A stretch of 64,000 nucleotides of DNA from Octopus vulgaris (Eukaryota), in NCBI GenBank assembly GCA_951406725.2, contig OX597823.1, positions 89,280,001 through 89,344,000 of the forward strand, given 5' to 3'. Under the pieces are notes generated by a model. It ran no database searches and had not been told where the DNA came from. It was given only the letters and a program-made list of their open reading frames with translations. This document shows positions 29,174 to 42,845 of this stretch, piece by piece. Within the stretch, counting starts at the first letter, position 1, and each line of letters starts with the position of its first letter. A program made the position numbers and the translations under genes.

Positions 29174-30229
29174 ATATATATATATATATAGGGAGAGTTT
29201 ACGAAAAACTCTTAATGTTTTCTGTAAATGTTTAACTGTATATATACACCCGGTGATCAAAACAGTATTAGATTCTGTCTGTTTGCCTTATTACGTATTC
29301 TCAACCGGTTTTTTTTTTTTTGCTTATTTTCTAAATTTGTTATGCTTTACTTGTTCACTAAAATTGCTTGTTTGTTTATCGCTTATTCGTGGATTGGCTT
29401 AATAGCTGTTTTGATTTTCTGTGGGCTACGTCATTTATATCCTGTTTACTAAAGTTATATTATATCTCAAATTGCTAAATATACATTTTTCATATAATTT
29501 TATGTTGTGCTGTTTTCAAATTTTCGTTCTGTATAATTCGTAAATTGCTATTATATTTCTAGGATCGTTAGAAATGTTTTTGACATAATTTGCTAGTTTA
29601 TATTTGCATTTGTGGTTTTGTTAATCTTGTAATTAATATCTGAAGTCGCTAAAGTTATTTTTCATATTTTCTGCCTTGGGGGTTGCTTATTATATGATAG
29701 CTTTCGACTTTCTTTTCCATGACAAATTTGCTTTGTTGTACCACTGACGTTAGCATTGCTGTAATTTCCTCCTGCAGAGGAAGCAACAGTATGTCATCAC
29801 TTCTATTTCCTCACCAGTAAATGAAATGACAACAAACAAATATATTAAAATCTTATTTTGCGACATCAGATACAAACTGAAATTATAGACAACACAAGAA
29901 CCTAAAAGTATGACAACCAAAATCATATCTAATGATTTCAGATACAAAAAATATCTACAGACGAAATATTTTAGCTATACAGGCTAATCGCATAAACAAA
30001 ATTCTGAAACAGAACAAACACTGAGCCAACCAATGCGTAAAAGATAATCCAATAAACAACACTAGCGAGTCAAAATACAGCTTACAATAATAATAATAAA
30101 TGGAGATTACTCAATAAAGAAGCAGACACAAAACTGTTATGATTGGTTAATAGAAATCGATACAGATAAACCCTTTCAGAAAAAAAACAAAAACGGGATT
30201 ATCATATTGCATCCGTATTATTGTGAGGG

Positions 30230-30597
30230 GTAATATATATCCCCACTTAAACGTGTATGTTCTGTTGAAACAATATATACTGTGGTAGATACCATAAAAT
30301 AAACTTATTTCGGTTGTTGTTGTAAAATGCACACTTGTTTATATCGCTAGCAAGGAGATAAATCCCCCAACATCTCCAGCGTCGAGACCACCAGATCACC
30401 TGAATTCGACCTTCTTTGGTATTGTCAATGATGGATGCTCGATGAGGTGGAGATGGCTGGCATTTATCTTCCCGTTAGCGATATAAACTAGAGTGTTTTT
30501 TGTACCAGAAACCAGTATGAGAGTTTCTCTCATGGTATCTACTGCAATATAGCTTGTTCTAACAAAACATCCACGTTTAAGTGTGGATCGATATTAC
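30230..30597. repeat. Diverged inverted repeat, ~160-bp arms
   Basis: CACTTAAACGTG / CACGTTTAAGTG, GTAGATACCAT / ATGGTATCTAC and GTTTATATCGCTA / TAGCGATATAAAC occur in mirror order. Confidence 0.75.
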
Positions 30598-30865
30598 TTC
30601 ATGATATTAACATTGTCTCTGTCGCTTAATTATATCATTATTATTGTGTTCGTGCTTACATAACTGTTAATTTGTTTTGGGGTAGTGATAGTTGTGTGAA
30701 TTTATACCTGAGATTTGTGGGAAACTGGGTGTTATTTCGTATTTTCTCTATACGTCGAATATGAGTGTCTAGTGTATGTGCATTGGTTCTGTAACTTGTC
30801 TACATGTCGATTCGTTTGAACTTATTGAAAGGCCTTTTTTATTTCAATACATCTACTCATGAATC

Positions 30866-30982
30866 CGGCAAGCTGGCAGAATAGTTACCGTGCTGGAAAA
30901 TGCTTAGGGGCGTTTCTTGCAACTTTATGTTGTGGGTTCAAATACCGCCAGAGTAGACTTTGCATTTCATCCTTCTGGGGAT
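30866..30982 (+). mobile_element. SINE family C, 5' part
   Basis: GGCAAGCTGGCAGAATAGTTA...AAATGCTTAG...GGTTCAAATACC...GACTTTGCATTTCATCCTT. Confidence 0.75.
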
Positions 30983-31109
30983 TTTGTTATGGGATACGAG
31001 TATGATTTTTGTTTTGGGCGGATAGCACGGGACCCAAGTCTTGTATGCCAACATCATTTGGGCAATGCTGATGGAATACGTTGCACATCATGCAGATGAT
31101 GTAACGTTC

Positions 31110-32540
31110 ACGGCGGCGTTGGAGAGAGAATAAGCTAGAGCTTTTCTAGTCGACCCCAATAGTCAAAGCCTGTCATGCCATATATTTTTTTTTCTTTTGT
31201 AATTGACCTTTGAGGTGCTTCAATTTTCGTGATACTCTGTTTCGTGTGGGGAGACCACAGTAGACAACAGTAATCAAGGTGGGATCGGGCAAAAGTAGAG
31301 AAGGGAAGAATAAAGTTCTGAGAATCCAGGAACACATTCTGCTGTTTATATGAGCGGCCCAGCTTATGTTGTTGTCCACAATAACTCCCAAGTCTCTGAT
31401 GCTGGATGCCATGAGAGTTTCACCTGAAGGAAGGGCGTATAGGAGTTTCAAGGTATCCTCTTTTCTGAAGTGGATTAACTCAAATTTTCTTCGTTCAGGA
31501 GCATATTATTCTTTTCTGGCCATTGGTCGACAGCCAGTAGATCTGACTGAAGGCATGCCCCGTCACCCACTTCATTGATGACCTTCTGGATCTTAGAATC
31601 ATCTGCAAAGAATCTTATGTTACTGTACTTAATGATGTCAGTAATGTCATTGATATAGATGATGAAAAGAAGTGGGCCCAACACAGTTCCTTGTGGAACA
31701 CCACTACTATCTTTGGCTGGGCTAATTTTACTCCTTCGACTACGTGTTGGGTTCTGCCTGTCAGGAAACACTTGATACATTGTTGTAACTTTCCAGAGAC
31801 ACCAGTGTTGGATTATTTTTTTCAAGAGGATCTTATGATCCACCATGTCAAAGGCCTTGCTGGAATCAAGGTAGATGACATCAATGTTCGAACCCTCTCT
31901 TAAAGCTTTCAAAATGTCATCAGGGTGATGCAGGAGCTGCGTTAGGCAGTTCCTTCAATTACGGAATCCATGTTGGTTGGGGTTGAGGAGTCTGTTGCTT
32001 TCAAGAAAGTGGGTTACCCGTGATCTCACCACCCTCTCAAACACCTTGATGATACGAGAGGTGAGATCGACCGGTAGTTCACTGCAAGGGACTTGTTTCT
32101 CTTTTTAAAAACTGGGACAACAGACTGGGACAGAAAGTTTTCAGGAATATAACCAGCATCCAGTGAGTTCCTTCACAGATTAGCAAGAGGAGATGCAAGA
32201 TGGTGACCACACACTTTCAGGATACAAACAAGGAATCTATCAGGGTCTACTGCTGAATTGTGTTTAATTTCGTTTATTGCTGCTAAGAGATCAGGGGCGC
32301 CAACCGTTATGTCCGATATAGTGTGTTAAGGATTAACATCACTGATATAGTCGAGATCGGCCATATTAGGATTGCTAAAGACAGAGCAGTACTGTTTCTG
32401 CAGTATCCCACTCATGGTTTTGGCATTGTCTTGGAGAGCGCCATTTTCATCAATTTCAGGGCCAACAGCCAAAGCAGTGACTTTGAGTTTTTTTCGCAAA
32501 AGAGGACACGTTGGGATTGAGTTTGATTTTCTCAACGGCC
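31110..32540 (-). pseudogene. Frameshifted CR1/L2-group LINE ORF2 (RT) relic
   Basis: DVIYLDSSKAFDMVDH, SGVPQGTVLGPLLFIIYIND, FADDSK, SSIRDLGVIVD, RSHLDYCCLLWSP, YWGRLEKL spread across frames. Confidence 0.92.
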
Positions 32541-33175
32541 CATTTCTCTTCAGCTGTTCTTTGGTTATTGATTAAGGTCGTCAAACAGTGTATCGTATTA
32601 AACAGCACATGGTATTACAATAATTTGAAAAAAAGTTACAAATATTCCACTGCTTTGGAAATACCTGTCTCTTAGGAAAAACTGGATAAGCGTCTATGTG
32701 CATTTTCTGTCATTGACTGAAAACTATTATTAGACGAAAGTAGAAAGTTATAATTTTGTCTATGTTTTGCTTTTGACTTAACGAGACTATTGATTCTTGT
32801 AGATAGGTTCAAATTTCGTTACTCCTAATTTAACAGCCTTTCCGTAGTGACAGTTAGGCATATATTTATTTCTTTACTTCTTTTCAGGAGTTCGCACACC
32901 AGACGGCCATAACTTCTTTTCTCTCTCTCTCTCTCTCTTTTCACTTCTCTCCATCACACCGTCTTTTCCTCGTTCCTCTCTTTCTCTCTCTAAATATAGA
33001 GATACTATCTCTCCCTTTTCTCTTTCTCTCTTTCTCTATCCCTTTATTTCATTCCATCACACTATCTTCCTTCATCGCCGTATTTCTTTATTACACTGTC
33101 TTTTCTTCGTTTCTCGCTTTCTCTCTCTCTCTATTTCCTATAAATACATTGACACATTCTCTCTCCCTCTCTCTC

Positions 33176-33214
<39 letters not shown>

Positions 33215-33266
33215 ACTTCTCCCCATCACGCCGTCCTTCTTTCAGCCATACAATCTACCTAAATAT

Positions 33267-33320
<54 letters not shown>

Positions 33321-33325
<5 letters not shown>

Positions 33326-33472
33326 GCAAATGTAACATGTGACAATTATTCGGTAGCCATGATAAAACTCCGAGTTTTGGATGCTGAGGTGGAAATCCAC
33401 GCCGCCATCTCTTCAGTTATCCGCCCATTGGGAAAATAATTAAATAATTGTCACATATTACATTTACAGATA
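33321..33472 (-). mobile_element. Small element with 30-bp inverted ends and a hammerhead-like core
   Basis: 33321-33350 pairs with 33443-33472 (2 mismatches); minus strand CTGAAGA-GATG...CATC-CAAAAC at ~33373-33416. Confidence 0.6.
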
Positions 33473-33539
33473 AATTATTTTATTTACATAACATCGAGGT
33501 CTTTTTCATTGTTTCGTTGTCTTGCCATGTTTATCAATA

Positions 33540-33586
<47 letters not shown>

Positions 33587-33627
33587 GCAATATTAAGTCT
33601 CTGACCGTGAAGTAAACGGTAGTAGTT

Positions 33628-34381
33628 CATGTTTGTAATGCAAGCCATATGCTACAAATATGTCCCAGAGAGAAAGGCCACTGTACACAAGAACAAAATC
33701 CCTAGGGAGAGGAAAATTCTTATGAGACGGCGTACAAAACTTCAAATTACCTAAACAAACCAATTGAAAGCAGTGAAAAATTCCGCCTGAAAATACAACT
33801 GCTGGAGATTGAAAAACATCTGCAACTCTCCCATAAAAAAGAAAGAGCAGACAAAGTAGCCTGGGCTATAATCAATATAAAACCTAGCAAAACCGCTGCA
33901 GTCCCTCTTCCAGAGCTTCCTTGCAACTGGCAAACTTCCAAGCAAGAAGGTAAAATACGCCCTATTCATAAAGGAGGTAGTAGAGCAAAGGCCAAAAACT
34001 ACAGACCTATCTCTCTGACCTCGCACATCAGCAAAGTCATGGAACGAATAGTCAGAAGAAAACTGATCACCTTCCTTGAGGTAAATGACTTGCTGACTGA
34101 CATCGAAGATGATTTCTGACCAGAAAGAAGCTGTCTGACTCAGCTCTTACAACACTATGACTGGATGTTGAAACAGCTGCTCAACCACTCAAATGTGGAT
34201 GTGATATATTTCAACTTTGCAAAGGCCTTCGATAAATTCCATCATGGAGTATGTCACAAGCTGCGTGATCTTGGCATAGTCGGAAAATTGGGAAAATGGC
34301 TGCATAACTTTCTGAAGGATACAAGTCAGGTGGTAATAAACAATGGGGGCCACCTCCAATGACACGCAAACAGACAGCGGT
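33628..34381 (+). pseudogene. Internal fragment of the same LINE family as 54403-57877
   Basis: Colinear with ~55676-56785, with a ~345-bp internal deletion, stops and frameshifts. Confidence 0.92.
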
Positions 34382-34439
34382 CTATTATACATAGATAGAT
34401 ATATACATATACATATATATACATATGTACAGGTATACT

Positions 34440-34470
<31 letters not shown>

Positions 34471-35025
34471 ACATACACACACACATACATACATATTTTC
34501 AAATATGTATATGTAAGTCTCCCTGATTCTGTACAAGTCCGTTTTCTATTTTCCTACACTGTGTAATACATTTCGTGGCCACCTATTGATTGTCTGTTTG
34601 TGTCAGTTAATGTGCATGCATATGTGCGTGCGCGAGAGTATATATGCGTGAGCGCCTCTATATTAAGCCTATGTTTATGTAAACAGAACAATTTTAGACG
34701 ACTTTAAACTAATTTTCTTCTGAGATTTTTATCTCTAAAGATGATAATCTTTACGTCTGGGAAATTTATGCCGTGACTCTCCAAAATTTATAAATATTTT
34801 CTAAATTTCTGCTTTCAATTTTGTAGTTTACGTGTCTAATATTTCCAGATTTACACACATGATTTCTATCCAGTTAATGATCACTACAAAAATCGATATC
34901 TGCTGCACACTTTGAAGAAAGTTATATATGCTGTGTAAGTATGTTTGGTGCTATACATATGTATATGTATCACACACACACGCACACATACAAGCACACA
35001 CACATATACATACTTCTCTCTTTCT

Positions 35026-35064
<39 letters not shown>

Positions 35065-35067
<3 letters not shown>

Positions 35068-35185
35068 GGTGTCCCCAAAAAATGTATACACACCTTAAAT
35101 AATTGTAAATTTGTTATTCTATGTAAGCCTATTCTATCGTTCTCTTTTGCCGAACCACTATGTGTATACATTTTTTGGGGACACC

Positions 35186-35188
<3 letters not shown>
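35065..35188. mobile_element. Tc1/mariner-type MITE, 124 bp
   Basis: Perfect 28-bp TIRs CAGGGTGTCCCCAAAAAATGTATACACA, inserted in (TA)n. Confidence 0.9.
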
Positions 35189-35240
<52 letters not shown>

Positions 35241-36624
35241 TTGATATTCCAATATTTAGATGTGAGGTGTGTTACCTATAGTAATCATTATCATCTCTGA
35301 ACCTTGGCATTGAGTATTGTCTTAAACTCCTCGTCTGTACCTACGTAATTTAAAAGTCACAAACGCGCGCGCCTGTGTTTGTGTGTGAGGGAGATATATT
35401 TTAACTTATATATATATATATATATATATTACAAGCATACATACATATCTAGAAGAAGGATAATCTTACTTGAAACGTATGATGTTTGTATTACCCGGCT
35501 ATTTATCGTCCAGTACTTCTTGCTTTGTTCTAGTTTAGCAGTTTCCATCATTTACTCGTGTGGGGAATACCTCTCTCACGGAAAAAAAATTGATTTACAA
35601 TATCTTAGTCTCATTTACGGACTTCTATTCTTCTCTGTACAAAACATATCTCACGAACTTCTTTGAGCTAGTCATGGAGGACATTTCTGTGAGGCTATTG
35701 GAATGCCGTGCTTGTCTCTCATAACGAAATAGCACCACTTCGTAGTTTCCTGACTTAAGAGGAAACAGGAACGCAGAGCGAATAATGAAGTCAAAAACCA
35801 ACATGCTGTTATGCTTTAAGAACTTCATGATTTTCTTTTTCACTTATTAGTATCAATCCGATAAAGAAACGAAAGTTCCATCACTGGAATTTGGATAACA
35901 ACAAAGATAATTGTTACATGCAGAAATTTAAGAAAGTCCTGCATATTTTTATTGTTCCACTCACAGAATACATATGTAAAGTTCGTATTTGCAGATCTCT
36001 TTAAGAAACACTATATGCACCAATGTCTATCGGTATAAATATAAATTTATTACTAGAGTAGAGGGGATGCAAGGTTTGAAACAGTTATCCATAAACATTC
36101 TCCGTCTAACTTATTTTGGAAGAGATGTACACATCTGCAGGGGAGCTAACCCCTATGACTATGCATCACTTCCCTTTTCTGTCCCAAAAAACTGAGTATG
36201 TATTATGCGTTGCTGGTCGTAGCCGAGAAAAGCAAAACACTTCCATGATGAAATGAAGGCATATGTCAGCGTGATAGGTAAGTTCTCTTAACACCTGCTA
36301 CAAAAGGCACCCATCGTTGTCACATAACTGCAAAAAAGTGCAGGTACCTATCAGGATTGAAATGCCAAGTTTTGTGCTGCTCATCGTAAGAGAACAATTA
36401 TGCAATGAAATTGCTTGAAATTGAATTGTAACCATCAACATATATGTGCGTATGTATCTATGTACGCATGCAAGCAAGTACTTATGTAACAATGTACGTG
36501 TCTTTCTAAGTACTAAGTACGGGCTTCTTCCAGTTTCCGTCTACCAAATCCACTCACAAGGATTAAAAGTTAGTTTATAAACTGATGTTGTGTCCCATTT
36601 TATGGTTTTTGATAATATATGATA

Positions 36625-37027
36625 CTAGCAGTATCGCCCGGCGTTGCTCGGGTTTGTAAGGGAAATAACTATATAAGCATTTTTAGAGAGTTATAGCCAC
36701 AAAATAGCAAAAAAATGCATTAAAAATGGAAAAAAATTATGGTAATTTTTTTTTTTTAATCGTTGACTCATCGTAGACATTTTTAGAGAGTTACTTCCTT
36801 TATATAATAGCGAAGAAATGCATTAAAATGGAAAAAAAATGATGGTAAATTATTTTTAAAATCGTAGACTCATCGTAGACGCGCGCTAATACCCAGAAGG
36901 GCTCGATATGAATCACGACTATAAGATACCCGGTTTTGGTTAAACTGCACCGCAAAATGTGGGAGTAGTTAGGAATCTAAATCGTAGGAGACAGACACTC
37001 ACACAACTTGACTTTTATATATAAAGA
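36625..37027 (-). mobile_element. Non-autonomous Helitron, second family
   Basis: Minus strand A|TC start, hairpin CCCGAGCAACGCCGGG, CTAG|T end; internal ~100-bp tandem duplication at 36678-36880. Confidence 0.85.
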
Positions 37028-37742
37028 TATGTTTGAATCGAGTAAAACATTTTATACGCAGTTTATTTTTAATAGTTGCCGTGTTCGATGTATTTATTAC
37101 ATTCGATTTGTTCGTGCATTGCTCTAAGATGAATAAGTTTTGTCAATATCCGTTCTTAATGGTATTTATTTTATTCTATACATTTATTTGTATAATACTT
37201 GGTTCTTAAGCATAAAGATGCTTATCTAAGTTGCATTATCACCACCGGCATTTTAAAACTGTTTCAATATTCACCTTCTCTATATGAGCAGACATGCTTT
37301 ATAATTCTTAATATAAACAGATTTCATAATTGCTGATTTTTAGAGGAATATTTAAGATGTCGCTAGACTGTTGGACAGATCTTTTATCTAAGTTTTCTTG
37401 TCATGTTTTTGTATTTTCCAATAAGTCCACTACAAGTTTAAAACATATTTTGAAAATAAATGGAAATAAATATGTGCATGTACGTATGTATGCATGCATG
37501 CACGAATATATATTTATATTTTTGAGTATGCATTGTCTGGGAGATTTTTCTTATAGTAGAAGAAATAGCTAAGATTTTTGGGCTGCTAATTCTAAAAGTT
37601 CGGTATGTGGTAAAGTAAATTATTTTACTCAACCCTAATTATATAACGTAATGTTTTAAATATACCGTAAATGGTCTTTTTACATACGGAACACTACTTG
37701 GTAAAATTAATTAATAATTAATTAGTTTTACCCTTTTATTAT

Positions 37743-37775
<33 letters not shown>

Positions 37776-37776
<1 letters not shown>

Positions 37777-38156
37777 TGGAATTCCGTCGGTTACGACAAC
37801 AAGGGTTCCAGTTGGTTCGATCAACCGAACAGCCTGCTCGTGGAATTACCGTGCAAGTGGCTGAGCACTCCACAGACACGTGTACCCTTAACATAGTTCT
37901 CAGCGAGATTCAGCGTGACACGGTGTGTGACAAGTTTGGCTCTTTGAAATACAGGTACAACAGAAACAGGAAGAAAGAGTGAGAGAAAGTTGTGGTGAAA
38001 GAGTACAGCAGGGTTCGCCACCACACCCTGCCGGAGCCTTGGGTAGCTTCAGGTGTTTTTGCTCATTAAACACTCACAACGCCCGGTCTGGGGATCGAAA
38101 CCGCGATCCCACGACACCGAGTCCGCTACCTTAACCATTGGTCCATTCCACCTCCA
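37776..38156 (-). mobile_element. tRNA-derived SINE, family B, full length
   Basis: A-box TGGACCAATGGTTAAGG and B-box GGTTTCGATCCC on the minus strand; homologous to 19367-19723. Confidence 0.9.
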
Positions 38157-38218
38157 CACACACGCATACATACACATATACATAAATACATACATACATT
38201 CATGCATACATACATACA

Positions 38219-38269
<51 letters not shown>

Positions 38270-38285
38270 GTAGGATGTAGGTATG

Positions 38286-38353
<68 letters not shown>

Positions 38354-38440
38354 TATATATATATACATTTGTATATATGTATGTATATAAATACATAGAT
38401 ACATGCATTCATCTATACATATAGCATACGTACACATGGG

Positions 38441-38700
38441 TGAGGGTATTGCTGCAATTATGAAGTTTGCTTCATAACCATGGGCTTTCTCCGTCAGTCC
38501 TACAACTCGGCACTTGGGCAAGTATTTCGGGACCGATCAATGGCTTGTTAATTTGGCAAATGGAAACTGTTTGGAAGCACGTTGTATATAGATATATGTA
38601 ACTTTAATAATAAGTACTTCTGTCGATCTGTTCAACAAAACCGATCAAGATAGCACTTCCATATGGTCGCACTCCGATGAAACAATCAAAAGAGTAAAGT
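38441..38700 (+). mobile_element. Degenerate SINE family A
   Basis: CACTTGGGCAAGT, TTTGGCAAATGGAAACTG, tail CCATATGGTCGCA...TGAAACAA. Confidence 0.55.
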
Positions 38701-39967
38701 AATACACACACAGACCGATAGACAGACACATACATACATACATACATACATACATACATACATACATACATACATGCATGCATGCATGCATACATACATA
38801 CATACATACATACATACATACATACATACATACATACATACATACATACATACATACATACATACATCATATAACAAGACGAGAAACTACAAAAATTTGA
38901 CATCTTCAATCATATTTAAACTTTTATTTTAATTACATTTCTTGAATAACTTAATAATTTTGTGGTATTGTAGATTCTGTAGCATGGTTCTAATATTCTG
39001 TATTTTTTGAATAACGTAGAATTTTTTAATCATGTGTGAGGTAATCACTTCCAATCGTATTACAGAAGATTTTCTCCCCTTATGAATGATTTATTGGAAA
39101 AACAAAATTAAAGATGCACAGCATTCCTCTTAGGAGAATAGCTGTGCCAAAAGTCTTTATATTAAGATTAATACAACTACAACTAAAGCTACTGCTATAC
39201 TACCACAACTACTACAACTCATCAAATTCACTTTTTACTTACGTTTTGCTTTTTAAAGAAAATGAATTCTGCTCTTTAAGAGGATCCCTTCTTGGTTCCG
39301 TATAGATTTAGTGACAAGAAAAATTTGACGCAACAAGGCAAATATTATATTTATAAAAGACATAAAAAACATGGTTAATATTACAAGAACAACGAACAGT
39401 GCTACTGAAATTAGTTGACCTGAGATCAGTTCTGATCTAGCAGACCTTTGATCAAAAATATTGCATCTGTAACTAACTCCTCTCATTCTTATTCGAAACT
39501 ACGGCGTTGGCTCGGGACTCACTCATTGGTGGCAAACGGAAACGTTTTATAAGAAGTTTCGAAGATCATTGCTTGAGCTTCATGGCTTTATCACACGCAC
39601 AAACAACGCAAGAGAAATGATTCACTATTGCTGATCCCTATGGCTATCAGCATCGTCCAAAGAAATACGTGTATTGTGTTAAGTGGCAAGAGAATAAACT
39701 CAATTTCCTGCAGTTTTTGGGCAGCGATGCATTTGGTCTTCCTTGACCATCAGATCAGTCCTAATGCAGCAAACTTTTCTTCAAAAGTGTTGCAGCTATA
39801 ACTAACTCATCCTTTTATCCAAAACTACTCCAAACTGGGTCGGGTCTCGTTTTTCAAAACTATATCCACGCTGTCTCAAGATGATTGTATAACGTTCATG
39901 CCCTTGTCAAAACCATTATTAACATAAGAGAAGTGAAATAACAACGCTTCGCCGTAACTTATTTCTA

Positions 39968-41155
39968 TTGGGTCATCCCATAAATTATGGGTTTTTTTCG
40001 ATTGCATGAACTAAAAGTCGGAGGGGCGGAATAAACTACCTGCAGGTAGTAATTTTACCTTGGCTTTATTCTTAGTGCAAGTTTTCAAGAGTGCAGTTCG
40101 ATTTTAAGAGTTATTTTTTGACAAAGGAGCATATTCAGCATATTTTGCTTTATGAGTTCAATGAAGGCAACAACGCAAAAGAAAGTGCGAGGAATATTAA
40201 CGCAGTATATGGTGATTGGACAATAAGCCTAAGCCAGTGTCAACGGTGATTCCAGAAATTCCGAGCCGGAAACTACAGCCTAGAAGACGAGCCTCATCCT
40301 GAAAGATCTGTAGATTTCGACGAAGACTTCCTGCAAAACTTGGTTGAGCAAATCTCATCGTAACTGTTGAGGAACTAGCAGAGAAGCTTGGATTTGGTCA
40401 TTCAACCATTCATCGACATCTGCGTGACATCGGAAAAGCCTTGTAATTTGGGCCAATGGGTTCCGCATAAAGTTCCGTAGTCCGATCGCGCGCAGTGAGT
40501 GAATGTGTACTCTTTTTTGCTGTCACGTCTCACAAATGAACCTTTGGGGGACCGATCAGTGACTGGTGACGAGAAATGGGTTCTCTGTAAGAATGTCAAG
40601 CACCGAAGACACTGAATAGTGAAAGGAGAAACGCCGGCACCCCAGACTAAAGAAGGTCTTCACCCACGTAAGGTGTTGTTATCTGTTTGGTGGGATATGA
40701 AAGGTTTAGTCCACTTTGAACTTTTAAACCCAAAACAAACGATAACAAAGGAGATCTACTGTGAGCAGCTTGAGCGGCTTAACTCAGCGCTAGAACAAAA
40801 GCAACCATCTTTGGTTTCAAGATGAAAAGTGTCTTTCCATCAGGATAATACTCGGCTGCATACAGCAAGGACATTCCACCCACCATATTCGCCGGACATT
40901 GCCCCATCTGAATATCATTTATTCCACAGATTTTAAAATCATTTGGTGGGGGAAACATGAATTCTGTAGACGAGGTCAAAACAGTACTGGATGAGTATTT
41001 TTGGAAGAGGGACCCTGAAAGCCTACCAGATAGATGGAAGTGCATTGTAGAAAATGAAGAAGAGTATATTTTAGATTAAAAAAGAACCTTGTTTATCTTA
41101 ATTTTGAAAACTAAAAGAAGTATAAAGAAACCACATTATTTATATGATGACCCAA
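39968..41155 (+). mobile_element. Near full-length mariner transposon with pseudogenised transposase
   Basis: TIRs TTGGGTCATC / GATGACCCAA with TA TSD; KEHIQHILLYEFNEG, WVPHKV, VTGDEKWV, LHPRKVLLSVWWDMKG, HQDN, YSPDIAPSEYHLF; several stops and frameshifts. Confidence 0.95.
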
Positions 41156-41308
41156 TATTCTATTTATCATCGTCCAATGAAATACGTCTAATGAGTTAAA
41201 TGCATAGACAAAACTAAATTTCCCTGCTATAGGAAAGAAAGCGATGCAGGCGATCTTGTTTAACCTGAGATCAGTCCTGATCCAGCGGACGTTTAATCAA
41301 ATATAAAC

Positions 41309-41545
41309 GTAATTTCACTTGCTAATCTGGACATTGATACGGTTTCGATTCATAAATTTAGTGTTGCTCTTTCACTCCACGTTATATAGCTGCTAATGAA
41401 AGCTGCTATAGCTGCTTTCCTTAGCAGCTATATAACGTGGAGTGTTAGCAGCTTTCATTAGCAGCTATATAACGTGGAGTGAAAGAGCAACAATAAATTT
41501 ATGAATCGAAACCGAATCAATGTCCAGAATAGCAAGTGAAATTAC
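41309..41545. repeat. Near-perfect palindrome: 100-bp arms, 37-bp spacer
   Basis: 41309-41408 is the reverse complement of 41446-41545 with 3 mismatches. Confidence 0.93.
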
Positions 41546-41744
41546 ATGTTATATAGCTGCTAATGTTCTGATTATTTAATATTATTCTGATTATTTTAGT
41601 ATTGTTCTGATAATCCATCCCACCGAAGTATGTAACTATCTTACGCTGCGACCATTTCAACTTTTCATATTTCTTTCAATATATAACAGATTTTACGGCT
41701 AAAAAGATTAACTTTATGACGTGTATAAAAATATAATCAATACT

Positions 41745-41995
41745 TATTGGAACGAGTAGAAAATTTTAAACGAAATGACAGAAACGGTAAGGCGAAAAGA
41801 ACGCCTTTTACAGCTTTTTAGATGTCTCCTTCAACATTCTGAGTTCAGATCCCACCCACACTGTATTTTATGATTTATTTCTGTTGCGCCTATAAAAGAA
41901 TATATATTCTAAGTACGCAGAAGAAGAATACATCTTAATCGATTAAACACATCTTCCAACGAAAATTGTGGCCTCGAGCAAGAGTACAAACAAAA
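41745..41995 (+). mobile_element. Degenerate SINE family C
   Basis: TGACAGAAACGGTAAG, TTCTGAGTTCAGATCCC, TTAATCGATTAAAC...GAAAATTGTGGCCT. Confidence 0.5.
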
Positions 41996-42325
41996 AAATC
42001 AATATCTTTAAGAAGTTTGTTTCTGCGCATGTGTAGAAAATTTCTTGGTCAATATTTATTCTTCACTTTTAAATTTGATTACTTTTCTTCGTGTATATTT
42101 TGTTTGCTTCTTTTGCTTGTTTGTTTTGTGTGTGTGTTTGTATTGTTTTTTTTTTCCCCGACGCAATCACATTTTGTAGATGTTAATAAATAAGAAATAA
42201 ATTAGGAGATTCACGCTCTACACCAACTTCACATCAACACCGCACTGACACACAAATATATATATATGTATTCATATGTATGTGTGTGTGTGTGTGTACG
42301 TATATATTCATATATTACATACATA

Positions 42326-42401
<76 letters not shown>

Positions 42402-42424
42402 CACATATATACATATATATACAC

Positions 42425-42510
<86 letters not shown>

Positions 42511-42845
42511 TTATTATTCTGATGGAAAAATATTGTTTAGAGTGACTTCGAAGTTTCGACCAGCAAAACCATCGTCAGATGTTGGCTTAGCTGGCCGAAA
42601 CTTAGAAGTTCATGTCAACAACATACATGTATAAGAATAATAAATTTGTACTCTACAAACGTATAGAGTAACCCATCACATTAATGTAGAATTATTTTTA
42701 ATAAGTACCAGTTATGCACTGAGGTCGAGGTAAGTGACTTACCCTGCCCTTAAAATTGCTGGCCTTGCGCCGAAATTTGAAATGAATTATAACTAAAACA
42801 TATAAGCAAACATTAATATAGGTATATAGATATATAGATGTCTCT

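Noticed and set aside
38085-38156. tRNA gene (also the heads at ~50070-50140 and ~19660-19723)
   Set aside because: A/B boxes continue into SINE bodies; no complete cloverleaf.
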